Below are positions 25,662 to 40,166 of a stretch of 64,000 nt of DNA, one piece after another. The notes under the pieces are model-generated. The model did no database searches and was not told where the DNA came from. It saw only the letters and a list, made by a program, of their open reading frames with translations. How positions within the stretch are numbered: position 1 is the first letter of the stretch; each line of letters begins with the position of its first letter. The position numbers and the translations under genes were made by a program. This DNA is from Paramecium tetraurelia (lineage: Eukaryota): positions 186,001-250,000 of the forward strand of contig CT868130.1 of NCBI GenBank assembly GCA_000165425.1, written 5' to 3'.

Positions 25662-28600
25662 ATGCAAAAAGAAACTTCTTCTGTTAATACTTCACATCAA
25701 CAATAACAATAACAATAACAACAAAATAAGGAGGAGAGTAAATTAAAAAGTCTATTGTAGGGCAGCTATGATTACATTCATAGGGAGACTGGCAAGATGA
25801 TTTAGAAAGTAAATTCGATATAAATTATTTGATTAGAAACTCTATAAGCGTGCATTCTAGCTTTTAGAGAAATTTTACAATCAACGAAAGGACCTTGAAT
25901 TAGGAGAAATGGTTATGTTGAATCGAAGGATGATTAATTGCATCAACAAAATACTCAAGTAAGGATTGCTTAAGCCTGATATTGAATAAGACAGGCCAGA
26001 GATTATGCTCCAGAAATTTCATAGGGGAAGCCAAGCTATTTTTGAGTTATACAAATACATTAATCTGTATATTTAAAAAGTTATACCGAACGAAATGAAG
26101 GGAGTTGTGTAAGGCAATTAAATATGCTATTTAGTTTGGAGGAAGTGTCTCATTTGACAAGCTCTGATGAGGAAGGGGAAGAGAGAATAAAGGAACACGA
26201 AGTTACAGTACTCTTTTATAAGATCAACGAATACGATAAGCCCAAAAAGGAGAGAAGTAAAAAGTAAGTTAAGGAGTTAATGAACCCTTATGAACAAGAG
26301 ATTTCAGAAACCAGTCGAATTGCAAATATGATTGTAAAAACCGTCAAACCTTTGAATATTCAATTTGAATTGGATCAGTACTTTTACAATTTGATTGAAC
26401 TTCAATTAATGGCCAATTTAATTTTCAAGAAAGCAAACAAACCAAAAGTGGCCTATTATTATTTGGTGGAAGCTCAAAGAATTGCCAAGCAGATTATTGA
26501 CACTCCCAATCCTAATTTAGTCAATGCATGTGCCAGGGTAAAGATGCATTTGGCCAATTACTTGTACGAAATAAGTGAATATAAAGAGTCATTAAGAGTT
26601 GCAGAGGAAGCCATAGTAATCTTATGTGGGGAGATGAGAATAAGGATTAATTAGGAAAAGTTCGTATAGAAGAAAAACAAATAGAGGTATATTAGTGTTA
26701 CTTATCCAAAAATAGGGAGAGAAGAAGAATGAAAAGATGTGTGATAACAACACTGTCAGCATTAATCATTATGATGTGTAATTATGAAGCAGAAAATAAT
26801 TATCATAGGATTGTTGAAACCTTAACTACGGCCAGTTGGTTGGCTGACAAATACATTCAAGGGATTGATGAATTCAAAAAATACATTATTAAATTGGCAA
26901 GTGAAGGCAAACATAAATTGGAACAGAATCTAAAGGATTTAGCAGATTTGAGTTACATAGCTGAGTCTATTTTGGATTCAGAATTACATAAGATCAGAAA
27001 GAATCAAAGAGATTAGAGAGAGTAATCAGAATCTGATTATCTAAAGAAATTCAATAGTGACATGTTTAATCTCTTCTAAATCAAATCATTGAACGAATAG
27101 TTGCATTTTAAGACTTAGGTAAAGGAAGAATAGAAAAAAAAACAATAATTTGATAATAAAATAATTGAATAATCATAACCTCATGGCACTGATGCTTCAA
27201 TCAATATTTTTGATAGTGATTCAAATAGTAAAGATAGCTTTTTTGAAGGCAGTTTCTTTGCTCCATCTATGGACAATTTATAATTCGACTCGAAGTTGTT
27301 TGAAGAAAAAAGACCATTATCAACTTCCAGAAAGCCTAATAATAGAAAAATAGTCAAACCCACCAGATAGAAGGGTAAATCTGTGGGTTTAATTAAAATT
27401 GGTCTAGAAAGACCATAAGATTATAAGTCAAGGATATTGACAACCACTCAATATTTTAATGAATATTAGAAACCAAAAGTATAAGAAGAGAGGAATGTAA
27501 GCAATACAGGAGCTTTGTTAAAAAGACAATTGGAAAATCTAGAATATAGAGAACATCCAGATAGAGATGAACATCACAAGTAGGATTTAGATGTATATGT
27601 TAACAAAATGGTAAATGGAAAGATTCAATCCAATGAGATCAGAGATTATAATGAGTAAAATAATTGTGTATTTTAGTATATTAGGTCAATTATTCACTTT
27701 GAGAAAGAAGGAAGATTTTGATAAAAAAGAGTTTTAGTTTGGAAAAAGGATGTTAAATCTGAAAGCCAAAGAAGAGATTATGTTTTATAAAGAATCTTTT
27801 AAGACTCCTCCTGTAAAAGTTGAGATTGATACCAAAGTTAAAGATCTTGCTCATATTATAGATGGTAAAATTACTGCTGAAAAGGATCTAAGAGACTTAA
27901 AAAGAAGAAAGATTGATAAAATGGTTGCTGGCAAAAAAATAGTTCAAACCAATGTGAATATAGATTTAAAGGATCCAGAAGAAACTAATTATTTAAAAAA
28001 GGTCTTAGAAAAAAGCAAAAAGAAGAAACTTAAAGATTTAATCTATAAGCATAGGGAATCATTAGGATTAGCTAAATTCTTTGCCAATTAATTAAGAGAG
28101 ATGAGAGAAAAGGAAAGAATTTTAAAACTCAAATCAGCTTTAGAAAAAGAATTATCTTTAGATGTTCCTGATAATTAGAGCCAATAATAGCAACATGTAA
28201 AACAAAAGAAGAGTGTGAAAATAGTTGTACAATAAGGAGATAAATAATAAACATAACAAGTCTCTCTATAACCCTCTTAATTGCACCAATCTCAAGTTGT
28301 GGCAGAGGATCCAAAGAACTTAGGCCAAGTATCTTTGAGTTAGCAGAAATCAAATTCATAAACAAGCTTACCTAAAACCATACTAAAGAGACATAAGGAA
28401 GTTAAAAGTGTTAAGGAAAGTCCTTAAATAAGTTAAACTGTGATTTCTATGGATGCTTAAGGAACAGACTTAATATTATAATAAGAGAAGCTTTAGAAAG
28501 CAAAGAGAGTAATAAAGGATCAAGTTGAAAAGCAATAGAAAAAGTCTCATTAAGTTATTGGAATGATAGTAGATGCAGTTGAAAGGAAAATGGATATTGA

Positions 28601-28862
28601 AAATAAAGAGTTGAAGAAGATGCTTTTTAAATAGAAGGGGGGATCCAAATAATATGTTGATGATGATGAGAGAACATATTTAAAATTTATGCCGAAATTT
28701 GCAGAAATGAGCAGATCAACATATCTTATGTATATCAAGAAGGAATTAGCAGAAAAATAAGTTATCTCCTTAGAAGATATTGTAAGAGCTAATTTGAATA
28801 GAAAAAATTAGCTAGCCGATATGGCTGCATAAATGTTTAAAGATATTGGATCTCATCCCTGA
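25662..28862 (+). CDS. large hypothetical protein (~1,000 aa) with a TPR-like helical region and coiled coils
   Basis: Continuous code-6 frame with several tiny introns. TPR-like AYYYLVEAQRIA..RVKMHLANYLYEISEYKESLRVAEEAI. Ends FKDIGSHP-TGA. Confidence 0.75.
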
Positions 28863-29020
28863 TTTATATAATAATATTTTATAATAAACAATACATAAAT
28901 ATTCCAAGCAAATTAATCTCACAAATAATTTCTTAAATTTTTGGAATTTTAAGATCATGAAATCCATACGAATTAACATTTAAGTTGAACTTATAATTAT
29001 TTTGTTTAATAAATTTAATT

Positions 29021-31576
29021 ATGATTAGAATACTGCAATAATAATAGTAGTTCAGAAATAAAGTGAGGTATTCCTTAACACATTCTGAAGCCAAGTTGAG
29101 AAAATCATTATTCTCAAACTCTCCAATTGAAACTACAATGTTCATTGAGCTATTAAAAGGATAAAAGTACAGAGGAATAGCTTAGATGAGTTTCTAATTG
29201 AAAGAAGCAAAGTCATTATTTCTTGACTGCTAGGGTTAGGATATATCTTCATTGATTGTTAATAATTAAACACTCTAAAATGTTAAGCAAGATGGAAATA
29301 AAGTATGGATAGAGTAAGGTTTGAAAAAGGATTAAAATAGAATAGAAGGTATAATAAGCATATCAGTATATAGTCTACTTTCAGAATCAGTACTCAACAA
29401 CAGGTCATGGATTGCACAGTTTTATGGACAATGAAGATCAATATGTTTATTCATAATGTGAACCTCATCATGCATCCAAAATGTTTCCGTGTTTTGATTA
29501 GCCTGATTTGAAGGGAACATTTAAACTATTTGCCTATGCACCCAAAGAATGGAAAGTCATTAGTAATGAAAGATATCTAGAAAATCCCAGAATCCCTCAG
29601 TTTGTTTAAGAAAAAGGGTATTTTCCTTTTGATTAACAATATAAAATATGGGAATTCGATTAGACAAAGCCTCTATCAACTTATTTATATGCAATCCTAG
29701 CAGGACCTTATGTAGAAATCAAAGCACCTGAGGAGTTGTTACATAATTAAATTCCACAAAGTTTATATTGCAGAAAATCCCTATTAAAGTTTGTTATGAA
29801 TGATGCATATTCTATATTCAAAGTGACTTCAGATAGTATGAAGTTTTTCGATGATCTATTTTAATACAAATATCCTTTTGGAAAATATGATTAAATCTTT
29901 TGTCCTGAGTATTCGACTGGAGCCATGGAGAATGCAGGAGCAGTAACAATTAATGATTTGTATGTTTTCAAAGAACCTGTGCCCAAATCTTAAGTGGCTT
30001 CCAGAGCTAATACAATAATCCATGAATTATCTCATATGTGGTTTGGTGATTTAGTAACAATGGAATGGTGGGATGATCTTTGGTTGAATGAGAGCTTTGC
30101 TGAATTCATTTCCCATTTATGTTAGGATAATGTTTGCTAAGGAGAAAAAGTAAATTATTGGGTATAATTTTTGGAAAGAAAACTATGGGGTTACGTAACA
30201 GATGAGAAGTCAACTACTCATCCTATTTATTGTTAAATAGACAATACAGATTAGGCTGAAAATATATTTGATGGCATTACATATGCCAAGGGAGCTGCTT
30301 TGATTAAATAGATTTACTTTACAATGGGAAGAGAAGGATTTTCAAAGGCAATGGGATTATACTTTCAGAAACATGCTTATGGGAATACAAAACTAAGTGA
30401 TTTCTTTGAATCTATGAGTATTAATAAAAATGTGAATTGGGAAGAATTTAAGTAAGAATGGATTATGACATCAGGATTTAACGTTCTTTCTTATACCACT
30501 GAAACTAACTAGATAGTCATCAAATAAAGTGGTTCACATTTAAGAAAACATGCCATTACTATTGGTTAATTCGTTAATAATTCATGGATCACTCACAAGA
30601 TTCAAGTTGATGCTAAAGAAAAACACAACTGTAAAAATTAACAATTTAAAAGAAGGGAGCTTACTCATTCTCAATTATAATGATGAAAATTACATCAAAG
30701 TAAGTTATAATAAAGAATTAAACCTAATAAATCTTACAAAATTTATCAACAATTTAAAATAGTTTGAATCGATTATTGGTTCTTCAATCTATCTTTGATT
30801 AGGTTAGAGATGGACAAACTTGCTTTTTGGATTTCTAATAAGGTGTTTCTAACTTTCTCTTGCATGAGACCGATGATACAGTCATAAAAATTATATTGAA
30901 TTGGTGTGCTGCAGGTGTTAATAATTATACACCCTATAGTTATAGGGCAGCAGTAAGAGAAAACTTAGCATCTACAGTAAAGTAATTGATTGATTGCACT
31001 TAAGAATAGAGCAAATTGCTAACCTTGAGATCTCATTACATCAGTTGGTCTAGAACAATTGAGAGATTGTCATCTATTAATATTGAGGAGATTGGAGTGA
31101 AGGATGGTTGGACTTATATTTATAATTAGTTTTTATATAATAAAGTTCAATGGAATCTCTATGATAAAGTGGCTCTTAAGGATGCAGACCATAAGAAACA
31201 CAAAAGGTTCTTAGAGTCTTTGAGTGTGGATAGAGATTAGCTTTGGTCATATTTCATGAATTTTGATAAGAACGAGAGTGTTTAATAAGTATCTTAAGTA
31301 ATGAGAGCATTTAATCATGAGAAATTTATAGATTAATTGGAAAAATATGAGGTAAGATTTTTTGAAGTCATCGTTTAAATATTTGAGACAAAGGAATCTG
31401 AATATGCTAAGGCATTCTTCAACAATCTATATCCAGTAGGTGAAAATCTAGAAGCTTATCAATAATTATCTAAGGAGGCACTTACTAAGACAAAAAATGA
31501 CTTTTTAACTAAGTTATTAAAAGAGGCTATTGATATCAATGACAAAAGATTGAAGGCATACAAAACGTTTAAATGA
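29021..31576 (+). CDS. M1 family alanyl aminopeptidase (aminopeptidase N), ~840 aa
   Basis: [46 protein letters not shown] and [10 protein letters not shown] 25-nt intron at ~29349-29373. Two extra bases near 30624 and 30758. Confidence 0.93.
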
Positions 31577-31763
31577 GTTATTTATAGTTTATTCTATTTA
31601 TTTAGAGGATTGTTTATTATATGCCTTAGAATTTTTATTATTAATTTGTGATTATAGCAAATAGGGGTTTATAAATTGGAAAATTTAAGTAATAATAATT
31701 AGATACCAAGATAAAAAATTTATATAGATCTCCAATCGTATTAAAAAGCAAATGAATTAAATA

Positions 31764-33633
31764 TCAATATTTCTCATAAAGCAATACATAGGCTGATCTA
31801 TCAGATAATTATTTCCCATTAATCTTTGATACATTTTCATCATCAAATAAATACCAATTATCATATCTTTCAGCATAGGCCTTATAATGTCCACCATTAA
31901 TCTAACCCATATGAGTGATAAGAGCTTTTAGTTTATATTGAGTTTGCAACCCTTTGGAGCAGAATCTACAATAAAATAATAACACTACTCTTAAATATCC
32001 AACTTTTCAGGGTAGGAAATAGAATCATTAATCTTTTGAGAGGTTGGAAAAGTAGTAAACCTTTTGAATTGAATGATTAGATATCGAGGAGTCTAACTAA
32101 TAAACATCCTCCTTTTAACTGATTTATTTGATTTCTTGCACTTGTCACATTTCCAAGTGTCATTAATAACTTCTTCTCTATAGTAAGATTTTAGACAGTC
32201 CATCAAATCAATTCCAGTATATGATTTACTAGGAATACTTCTAATACTCTTACTTAATTGACAAAGACAAATCCCAGATCGGATCATACCCCTCACAAAC
32301 TTAATTACAAGATTTACAATAAGATTAACTTGTAGATTACCCTGCAAAGATTAAATCAATAATATCTTGATTTTTGGATGTATAATCACTCCAAGCTTAT
32401 TCGGCTGAGTTGAATTCTTATTTATTCTTATATTTGCCAACCAGTTCTTCCTGAATCTTCCCCAAAAAAAACAAAAGAAATTCATGACTATCTTATTATT
32501 AATTAAATTGGAATTTTCCAGAACATGCATCCCAAACACTCTTGGCTGCTATTGAAGAATAAGAGCCTGTTTTTTTAATCTAAAGCTATAACAATAAATA
32601 TAATACTGATCTTAATAATTCTTAATACGCAGTAAGGAATTTCTATCCATATTTTGGTTGAATTGCTAAAATACCTTCAGTAAGGGAGTCAATGCTCAAG
32701 AGAACTTGTAAAGCTGAGTTCAAATAACAATAATATCTCGGATTTGACAACCCAATTATTGGAATTTAGCCTTGAGAAGTGTAAGTTATTTTTTATTCTT
32801 AATGTACTTTTCTAGAATTTTGAGCACTGTCGTTTCTTGATTGTGATTGTACAATCTGCGATACTTGTCTATCGACAGATTTTGGAGTCGCCATGACTGA
32901 AATGGTTTAGGCCATAGGGTTTTATTGAATGAATCTTGAATTGGTTTATGTTTATCTCATAGATGATTATTGTATTGGTGGCTTAGATTGAGTGTTATTA
33001 ACACTGGATTATGGTTGTCTTGGTGGTTTAGATTGAGTGTTATTAGGTTATGCTTAAGATTCGGGTTTCGGAGGAGGCATGATTTTTAATTCTGGACCTC
33101 CTCCATACATCTACTGTATGAAGACCCAAGCTTGTTCATTTAGGGCGACATAGTCTCCATCCTATTTCAATCCACTTTTCAATTACTAATTAGGTCCTAC
33201 AAGTTTTGAGTTATTTATTTATCCAATTCCAGGTTTTCCTTTTAAATGATTTGTATAATTAACTGCCCATGTAAATTCGAGTGCATATTACTGTTGTACA
33301 TTCTCTTTATTTATCAACTAGGTAATGTAACTTTGTTCATATTAAACACTAAGAACTTAGGATTTAAATACCTTCTCTCAAATTAACCTTGCTCACGTAA
33401 GTCTTTAATCTATTTCATTTGTCTCAGCATTTCCTAATTTGAGTTAATTTTTATAAAAACTTAGTCAATTTGTTTTACAGGGGCAGGTGGTGGAACATAA
33501 ACTTTTTGGGATTCTTCTTCCTTTTTCAGAGAATGCGTGTCGGAATTGGTGGATGGCTCTTCTGGCTTGGCACTCTTCCTAAAATTCCAAAAAACTACTT
33601 CGATTTCTTCTTTTTTGAACCGCAACAGAACAT
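31764..33633 (-). CDS. ubiquitin-specific protease with an N-terminal DUSP domain
   Basis: DUSP: IGQINNSKL..DYVALNEQAWVFIQQMYGGGP. Cys box GLSNPRYYCYLNSALQ, QQQDSHEFL, WKCDKC and His box HMGQINGGHYKAY..WYLFDD. Confidence 0.9.
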
Positions 33634-34512
33634 TATAATATATAATAATATTTTATTTATATTTATAAAATCACATACCTGCCCATCTATTATCTTTATC
33701 AAATAATAATTAATTAAATTATATTTTAATCCAAGGTTAGATGCTTTGAGTTATTTTTACTGTCTCTTCGATCGCTTGACCTCTCCCTTTATATAAAATA
33801 AATAATTATATTATCACTTAATAAATTTAAATGATATAGTCTTTCAATTTCAATAAATATTATCCAAACTCAAGATCAAAATAGAAGATATTATTGAATA
33901 TTTTAATTACCCCTTTAAATTAATGGTAGTGAGATTACAAACTCATTCTAAATTGCTAAAATTATCTTTTATAATACAAAATCTGACCTGTATTCTAAGT
34001 ATCAGCTAGATAAAATGGAAGAAAATTCCAATTCAAATAGATTTATTGAAAAGGTTCAATTCATATTATTGGAATAATCATTAGATAATTGCGGGCTCTA
34101 AATTTTAGAAATAAGGAAGAATTGAAAAACCTATATAAATTATGATTCTTATTATAAATATGAACTAGTTTAATCATATTCAGATAATTAGTAATATGTT
34201 AATAAGTGCATGACAATCTGATAATAATTCACATCTTTTATATTTCAATTAAATTTAATAAATGAAAAAATAATGAGAATACTAAAATATAAAGATTTTT
34301 TAAGTTCAGAAATTGATTTGGAAATAAAAAGTGCATAATTTTTAAACGAAAATTTAATAAATAATATATTTCATAATGTTTATCCCTAATTAGATTATTT
34401 GGTATTATGTTTAAGGACATATGTGGTTAGTATAAGGAAGAATATATTTGAAGTGATTTGATAAATGAATTGATAAAATAAAGTTAAGTAAAATAATTTT
34501 AATTAAAAATAA

Positions 34513-35743
34513 ATGAGTACTTTGGCAATTTCAAGATGCCCAATTGTAGTTCGTCATGATTTCCCAGACGAAATGATGAACTATATTGATGAAAAGATGG
34601 ATGAGGGACAATACAAAAAGAGGTTTCGATATGATCGTCCTGACAAAGTAATATCATATTTTTAAAGGGTTACTAGAAAAAAAGTAAACAAACAAAATCG
34701 ATTCTTAATATGAATTCACAAGAGATCTTTCAAAAATTAGTATCGGGAAAGAAAGAACCAAAGGAAGAGAGATTTCGTATCAAACCGAAATAAAAAATTA
34801 ATACAACTGCGTTGCATTCTGCTCTTTTGAAAGTGAAAAAATAAAAAGAGGAGCTCGACATGTGTTTGGCTGTATTATAGAATTGTATTATTAGATTGCA
34901 GATAAGGCCAAATAGTGTGTGAATGAGAATGATATATGTATGTTGGCAAATGAAGGCGCTGTCCGATTTATCATGTCACAGAACCTAGATATAGACGAAG
35001 CTGCACTACTAAGGACCAAGAAGGGGAACACCTTCCACCCAAAACCCAAGAAATCATAGTCTGTAAGATAGGTAGTGATGGATGAACCAGAGAACTTATT
35101 GTCAGTAGAAGGGAGATCATACAACATGGCTGTCTCAACTTCCCTTTGTAAACATAGACCGACTTCTGCATTTTCAACTATGAGACCAGTTTCTTCGACT
35201 AAAAATTATTCTGAAAAAGGAATCTCAGAACATTTGCTTTAGTAATATGCAGATTTCAGAAATTAACTGTTTGAAAAATTGGTAGATAGCAATGAGAACT
35301 AAAATGAAGAAGTTCAAATAAATGTTGGGTATCCATAGTACCTAACCCCAGCGGTGGGTTTGAAAGGCAGCAGGGTTCCTCCTGGGTTTCTACCAAAAGG
35401 TTTAAAAAGAATCCACAGTGCAGCTGCCACTCAAAATATAGAATTCAGACCTTTCATAAACCCAGGAGAAATCTTATTTAATGAGCAATAGCAGCATGTA
35501 TAGGCTAAACGACCATAGACTGCTATGATTAGTAAGATCTAATCAACAAGCAGATTGAATGATCATTTGAAGGTGATAGAAGAAGTCCGACATTAAGAGG
35601 ATGTAAGAATGTTTGATCTATGAATTTATTAGTTGAGTCAATTGAAAATGTCACTGGATCAATCATTTAGAGAATAATAACAAACTTTGAATGTTACAGG
35701 CAAAAAGAGAATCTAAAGTGCCTATCCAAAAACTAGAATTTGA
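34513..35743 (+). CDS. hypothetical protein
   Basis: MSTLAISRCPIVVRHDFPDE... Code-6 frame with tiny introns, including 35603-35632. Repeated RPxSA/RPxTA-type motifs. Ends YPKTRI-TGA. Confidence 0.7.
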
Positions 35744-35760
35744 TTATAATAATAATTAGA

Positions 35761-36261
35761 ATGATTTAAAAACCATTTCTTTATGTGACAAATCCTGAGA
35801 CTTTCACAATTTACAAATATCAATATTAAGTTGGAAAATATAAAAAGATCGGCCCTCATATTCCTTAGGAATTTGAATTAATGACTGTGAGATAGTAATA
35901 GTAATATCGCTAATGGAAAGCCTTAAAATTTATGATGTGGAGTGTTTTCAATAAAGATAAGATTCAAAATCCTATTGATCATCGAATTATTCTATGCAGA
36001 TTAATGGATTTAAATACAAATGTGTTATTGGCAATTGTTAGTACCATTGGATTGAGATATTTCCTTCTGAAATTACAATCTCAATTTATGGATTACTATT
36101 TCGAAGACAGGCTAATAACTTTTCCAAAACTCAAGAAGTAGTCAATTATTATATATTTTAGAGGCTTAGCTTATTCTTACTTTGGTTTTGCATTGTATTT
36201 TGGAGTAAAGAGTGTAATCAATTAGGAACATATATTTGATTTAAGTTTGGAGTATGAGTGA
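35761..36261 (+). CDS. small membrane protein with two hydrophobic segments
   Basis: MIQKPFLYVTNPETF...VLLAIVSTIGLRYFLL...GLAYSYFGFALYFGV..LEYE-TGA. One intron at ~36138-36161. Confidence 0.7.
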
Positions 36262-36285
36262 TTATTATTATAACATTTCTGTTAA

Positions 36286-39200
36286 ATGAGAGTTACAGTT
36301 GCGCCATTATAAATCTCAAGATCATTGCCTCCAGTTCCCTTGCCAGTAATGGCAACACCAGTGATGGTTGATAGAGGTAAGAAATCCTACCCATTTTCTT
36401 AGTCGTTAACATACATCATTCACAAGTATTTCACACGGATTCACCATTAAAATAACAAAGTGAATAGAAATTGAAATAATTGGAATCCAGAGTGTAAAAT
36501 CTAGAAAGCCAATCTCCAACTAAGGGGAAGGTGGAAAAGCTACTCGAGGAAAATGAAAAATTGTTGCAGTTGGTTCTTGAGAAGACTGAACATGCCTCAA
36601 AATATAAAGGGGAATTACTTACTGCTAAAAAGGAAATCACAAAGTAATCTTATTATCTATAGTCTTAGGTTGAAGAAAGTCCTAGATTTGAAGGAGGAAG
36701 CATTAACGGATATGAGAATAAAAAGTCAGAGTCGGAGTATGTCAAGAGCGAGTGATAGAAAGGCTGAATAAATTATGTACGAGAAATAACTACTCGAATA
36801 ATAATATGCAAGTGAAAAACAATATTTGCAAAATCAAATACATTAGCTCAAAGAAGTCATAGAGTCACAATCATCTTAAAATCAATCCTTCTAAAATATA
36901 GATTATCAACAATAATACATTTCTAATCCCAATCAATAAATAGAGCTATTTGGTTAACAACCATAATAGTCAGGTTAAATTATAAGAGGTAGTTAAAAGA
37001 GCATAAAGAAGCCCCCATCATAAAATTAAATATAATATGAAGTTCCTGAATACACCAATTAGTAATCCAGGAATCCTCCAGCTTAAGAACACCATAGAAA
37101 GCTCTCCTCAGCATTTTAGGGTAATGATCAGAAATAAATTTCGCCTATAAAAAATGATTATGCTTATGATTAACCTTTGTAATCGGTCTAACATTCCAAG
37201 CGATAATCCTATACATAATAAGACTGTCAAAGACAAAATGTCATACCATATGAAGTAGAAGGAAATGCCTAAGATCAAAGAGCTATTAGAAAAGATAGCT
37301 AAAGATAATAATCTTATAAACAACCTGAACAGGTCCAAAGAAAATCCATATCTCCAACATTTGAATAATAATAATAAGATTAACTTAATTCAATTAGATA
37401 AAACTAAAGATAATAATCATATAAACAAGGTGATATTTAAAGAAAATCAATCTCTCCTAATCAAGAGGAGGCTGTAATTGAATTAAGAGGAGGTTAACGA
37501 TAAGATCATTCAAGATAACCATCTTATAAATAACAAATTCCAACCTCAGAATAATAACGCAATACTCATAGGAAGCAGTCTAGTACTGTTGAATAATATT
37601 AGGTGTAAATTTACTAATTGAATGATGAATTACTTTAGGCAAGACATTTAGAGGATGAATTGAGATCACAGATTAATCTATTGAATTAATAACTCTAGGA
37701 ACACAAGCTAATGGTAGATAATTTGCAATAAGATTAGAGAAAATAATAGGAATAGATTGCTAAATATAAATAAGATTTATATAATTAAAACTAAGAATTA
37801 CAGAAATAGATATCTGGTAATAAGGATTTGCAGTTGCAGCTTCAAAAGTTATAACGCAACACTGATTCTTAGAATAAATTACAAGATTAAAAGTTACAAG
37901 AGCATTTGCGAAAATAAAACATTTTAGAAAAGTAATTAGAAGAATCGAATTAAATTATAGAAAGACTTGAATAAGAAAGCTAAAATATCTCTCATAAATT
38001 TGAATAGGAGAAAGATGATTTAATCAAGGAGTATGAAGAATAACTAGAGTTGAAGTAGTAAGAACTCATTGAGTTGAATCAATCTGCTCTTTTGGAAAAA
38101 ACTTCCAAGGTGGAATTTGAAATTTAATTGAATCAATTAAAACAAAAGGAAGCTAATTTCAACTCTGAAATAGATAAAATACGCAAATAAAAAGATTTGA
38201 TGAAAGCCTAGTTGGAAGAAACTCAAAAAAGTCTTAATTAGGCTAAAATTTAAATAAGTCAAATTGAGTCAGAACACTCAGCACAAGTTGAATTAAGGGA
38301 ACAATTGGAGACTAATTATGCAATTCTATAAAAGGAATATGGGGAGTTTAAGGAGAATTCTGCATCTTAATTTAATAGCAAAATGAATAGCTATTAATAA
38401 AAGGCTTAATTGGAGTATGACAAATTAAAGAAATAGAGTCTGCAGTAATAATCAGAGTTGGATAGGGTGTTACTAGAAAAATCAGAGTTGGAACAGGAGT
38501 TGAATAACACTCAATAGGATTTGGGACATCAATATAAGGAAGTTACCTAATAGTTGTAGACAGCAAAGTAAACAATTAATGAACAGAAAAAGCATATAAA
38601 ATAGTTAGGGTAGTAGAATTAATAGTTAAGTCAGGATCATCAAGAACTATCAGTGCATTATTAATAATAGGAGAGTGAGTTAAATCAATTAAGATAGGAA
38701 TTGTAAACTCAATAGGATCAATGTTAATCACTTAGATTTGATATTTCTAGAATTTAAGTGGATAAAGCATAATTGGAATCATCAAATAAATAACAAAGAC
38801 AAATGGATTAATTAATATTAGAGAATGATTCTATTTTGCATAACAATGAGCAATTATAAACTGATCGTAATCAGTTGTCTGATACTCTTTAATAAAAGGA
38901 GAGTGAAATTGAAAGACAGAAAAAGAAGATAGAGCATTTGAAATAATTAAATTAATAGAATATTGAGCAGATTAAGAAATTGTAAGCAGAATTATCAGAG
39001 AAGGAGGGAGTAGCTGAAAAATGTTAAAATGAATTCAACAATTTTTAAAGATAACTTTAGATATTGAGAAAGGAGAATGAGAGATTGTCAGCAGATACTT
39101 AAAAATATGTTGAATAGCTTGAATCAGAGAAGATGAATTCAGGAAAGAAGCTTGATCATTTGCAATCTTAATTGTAGTAATAAATTATACAGAGAGATTA

Positions 39201-40166
39201 GGAATATGAAGATTTGGATAAATCAAGTAGGTCAGCCTTTGTTGAAATATAATCTCGAAAATAAGAGGCCGCCTTATAACAAAGAAGGTTAGAATAATAG
39301 AATGATCTCATTAAACAATTGAGTGAGTAATTAGAGAAAGTTTCTCAACAAAATAAGAATTTATTGAATGATCAATAATTGAATAAGTAATAGCACGAGC
39401 AATAACAATAAGAGTTCGAATTCACTATCAAGGATCTCTAAGCTAATCTTTAGAAGTAATAGTATATACAGGATGAGCTATAAAAAGAAATTTAGAAATT
39501 AAAATTACAGGAAGCCAAGTAAAAAGAAGCTAATGATTTGGAAAAAGAAAAAATGAATCAAATGATGTTAAAGCTGGAAGAAAAGTTGGAGTAACACAAA
39601 ACTGATACAGCAGCTGATTTATAAGAATATGAGATATTCAAGTAGACAAATTCATAATTAAATGGAGAATTAGAAAGGGTTAGAGGAGAAAATGCTGATT
39701 TACATGAAATAGTTATATAACTTTAGAAAGAAAATGTTTCACTTAGAGATCATCATTAATAAATGATTTCATAAATAGAAGAAAATCATCAGGCAACCGA
39801 AAGGTTGAAAACTGTATGTTAGTAATATGAATAAGAAGTCATTTTGTTAAGGAGATAGGTAATTATTCTATATATATATTATTTTAGCCTGATCAAGGAC
39901 TCTATGAACAACCAAAGGCAGGATTTATTAAGACTAAAAATACTAAGAGAATGGAGGATATGGAGAGAGAAAACATGAATTATTAAAAGGAGATCTAGAG
40001 ACTAAAGTCAGCTATTGATGAAATTTAGAATAATTAAAATTATAATTCCACTCCAACTCCGGAGAGGAAATAATTTAATTAGTCGCAAAGTATGTCATAA
40101 AAAAAACACTTGTTTGAATAAAAACCTAAATCGATTGACAACACAATAAGAAAGCATTTATAATGA
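36286..40166 (+). CDS. large Q/E/K-rich coiled-coil protein (~1,250 aa)
   Basis: Long code-6 frame with heptad-like composition, degenerate internal QxxxSYKQ repeats at ~37300-37530, and introns near 36377, 36645 and 39859. Confidence 0.75.
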
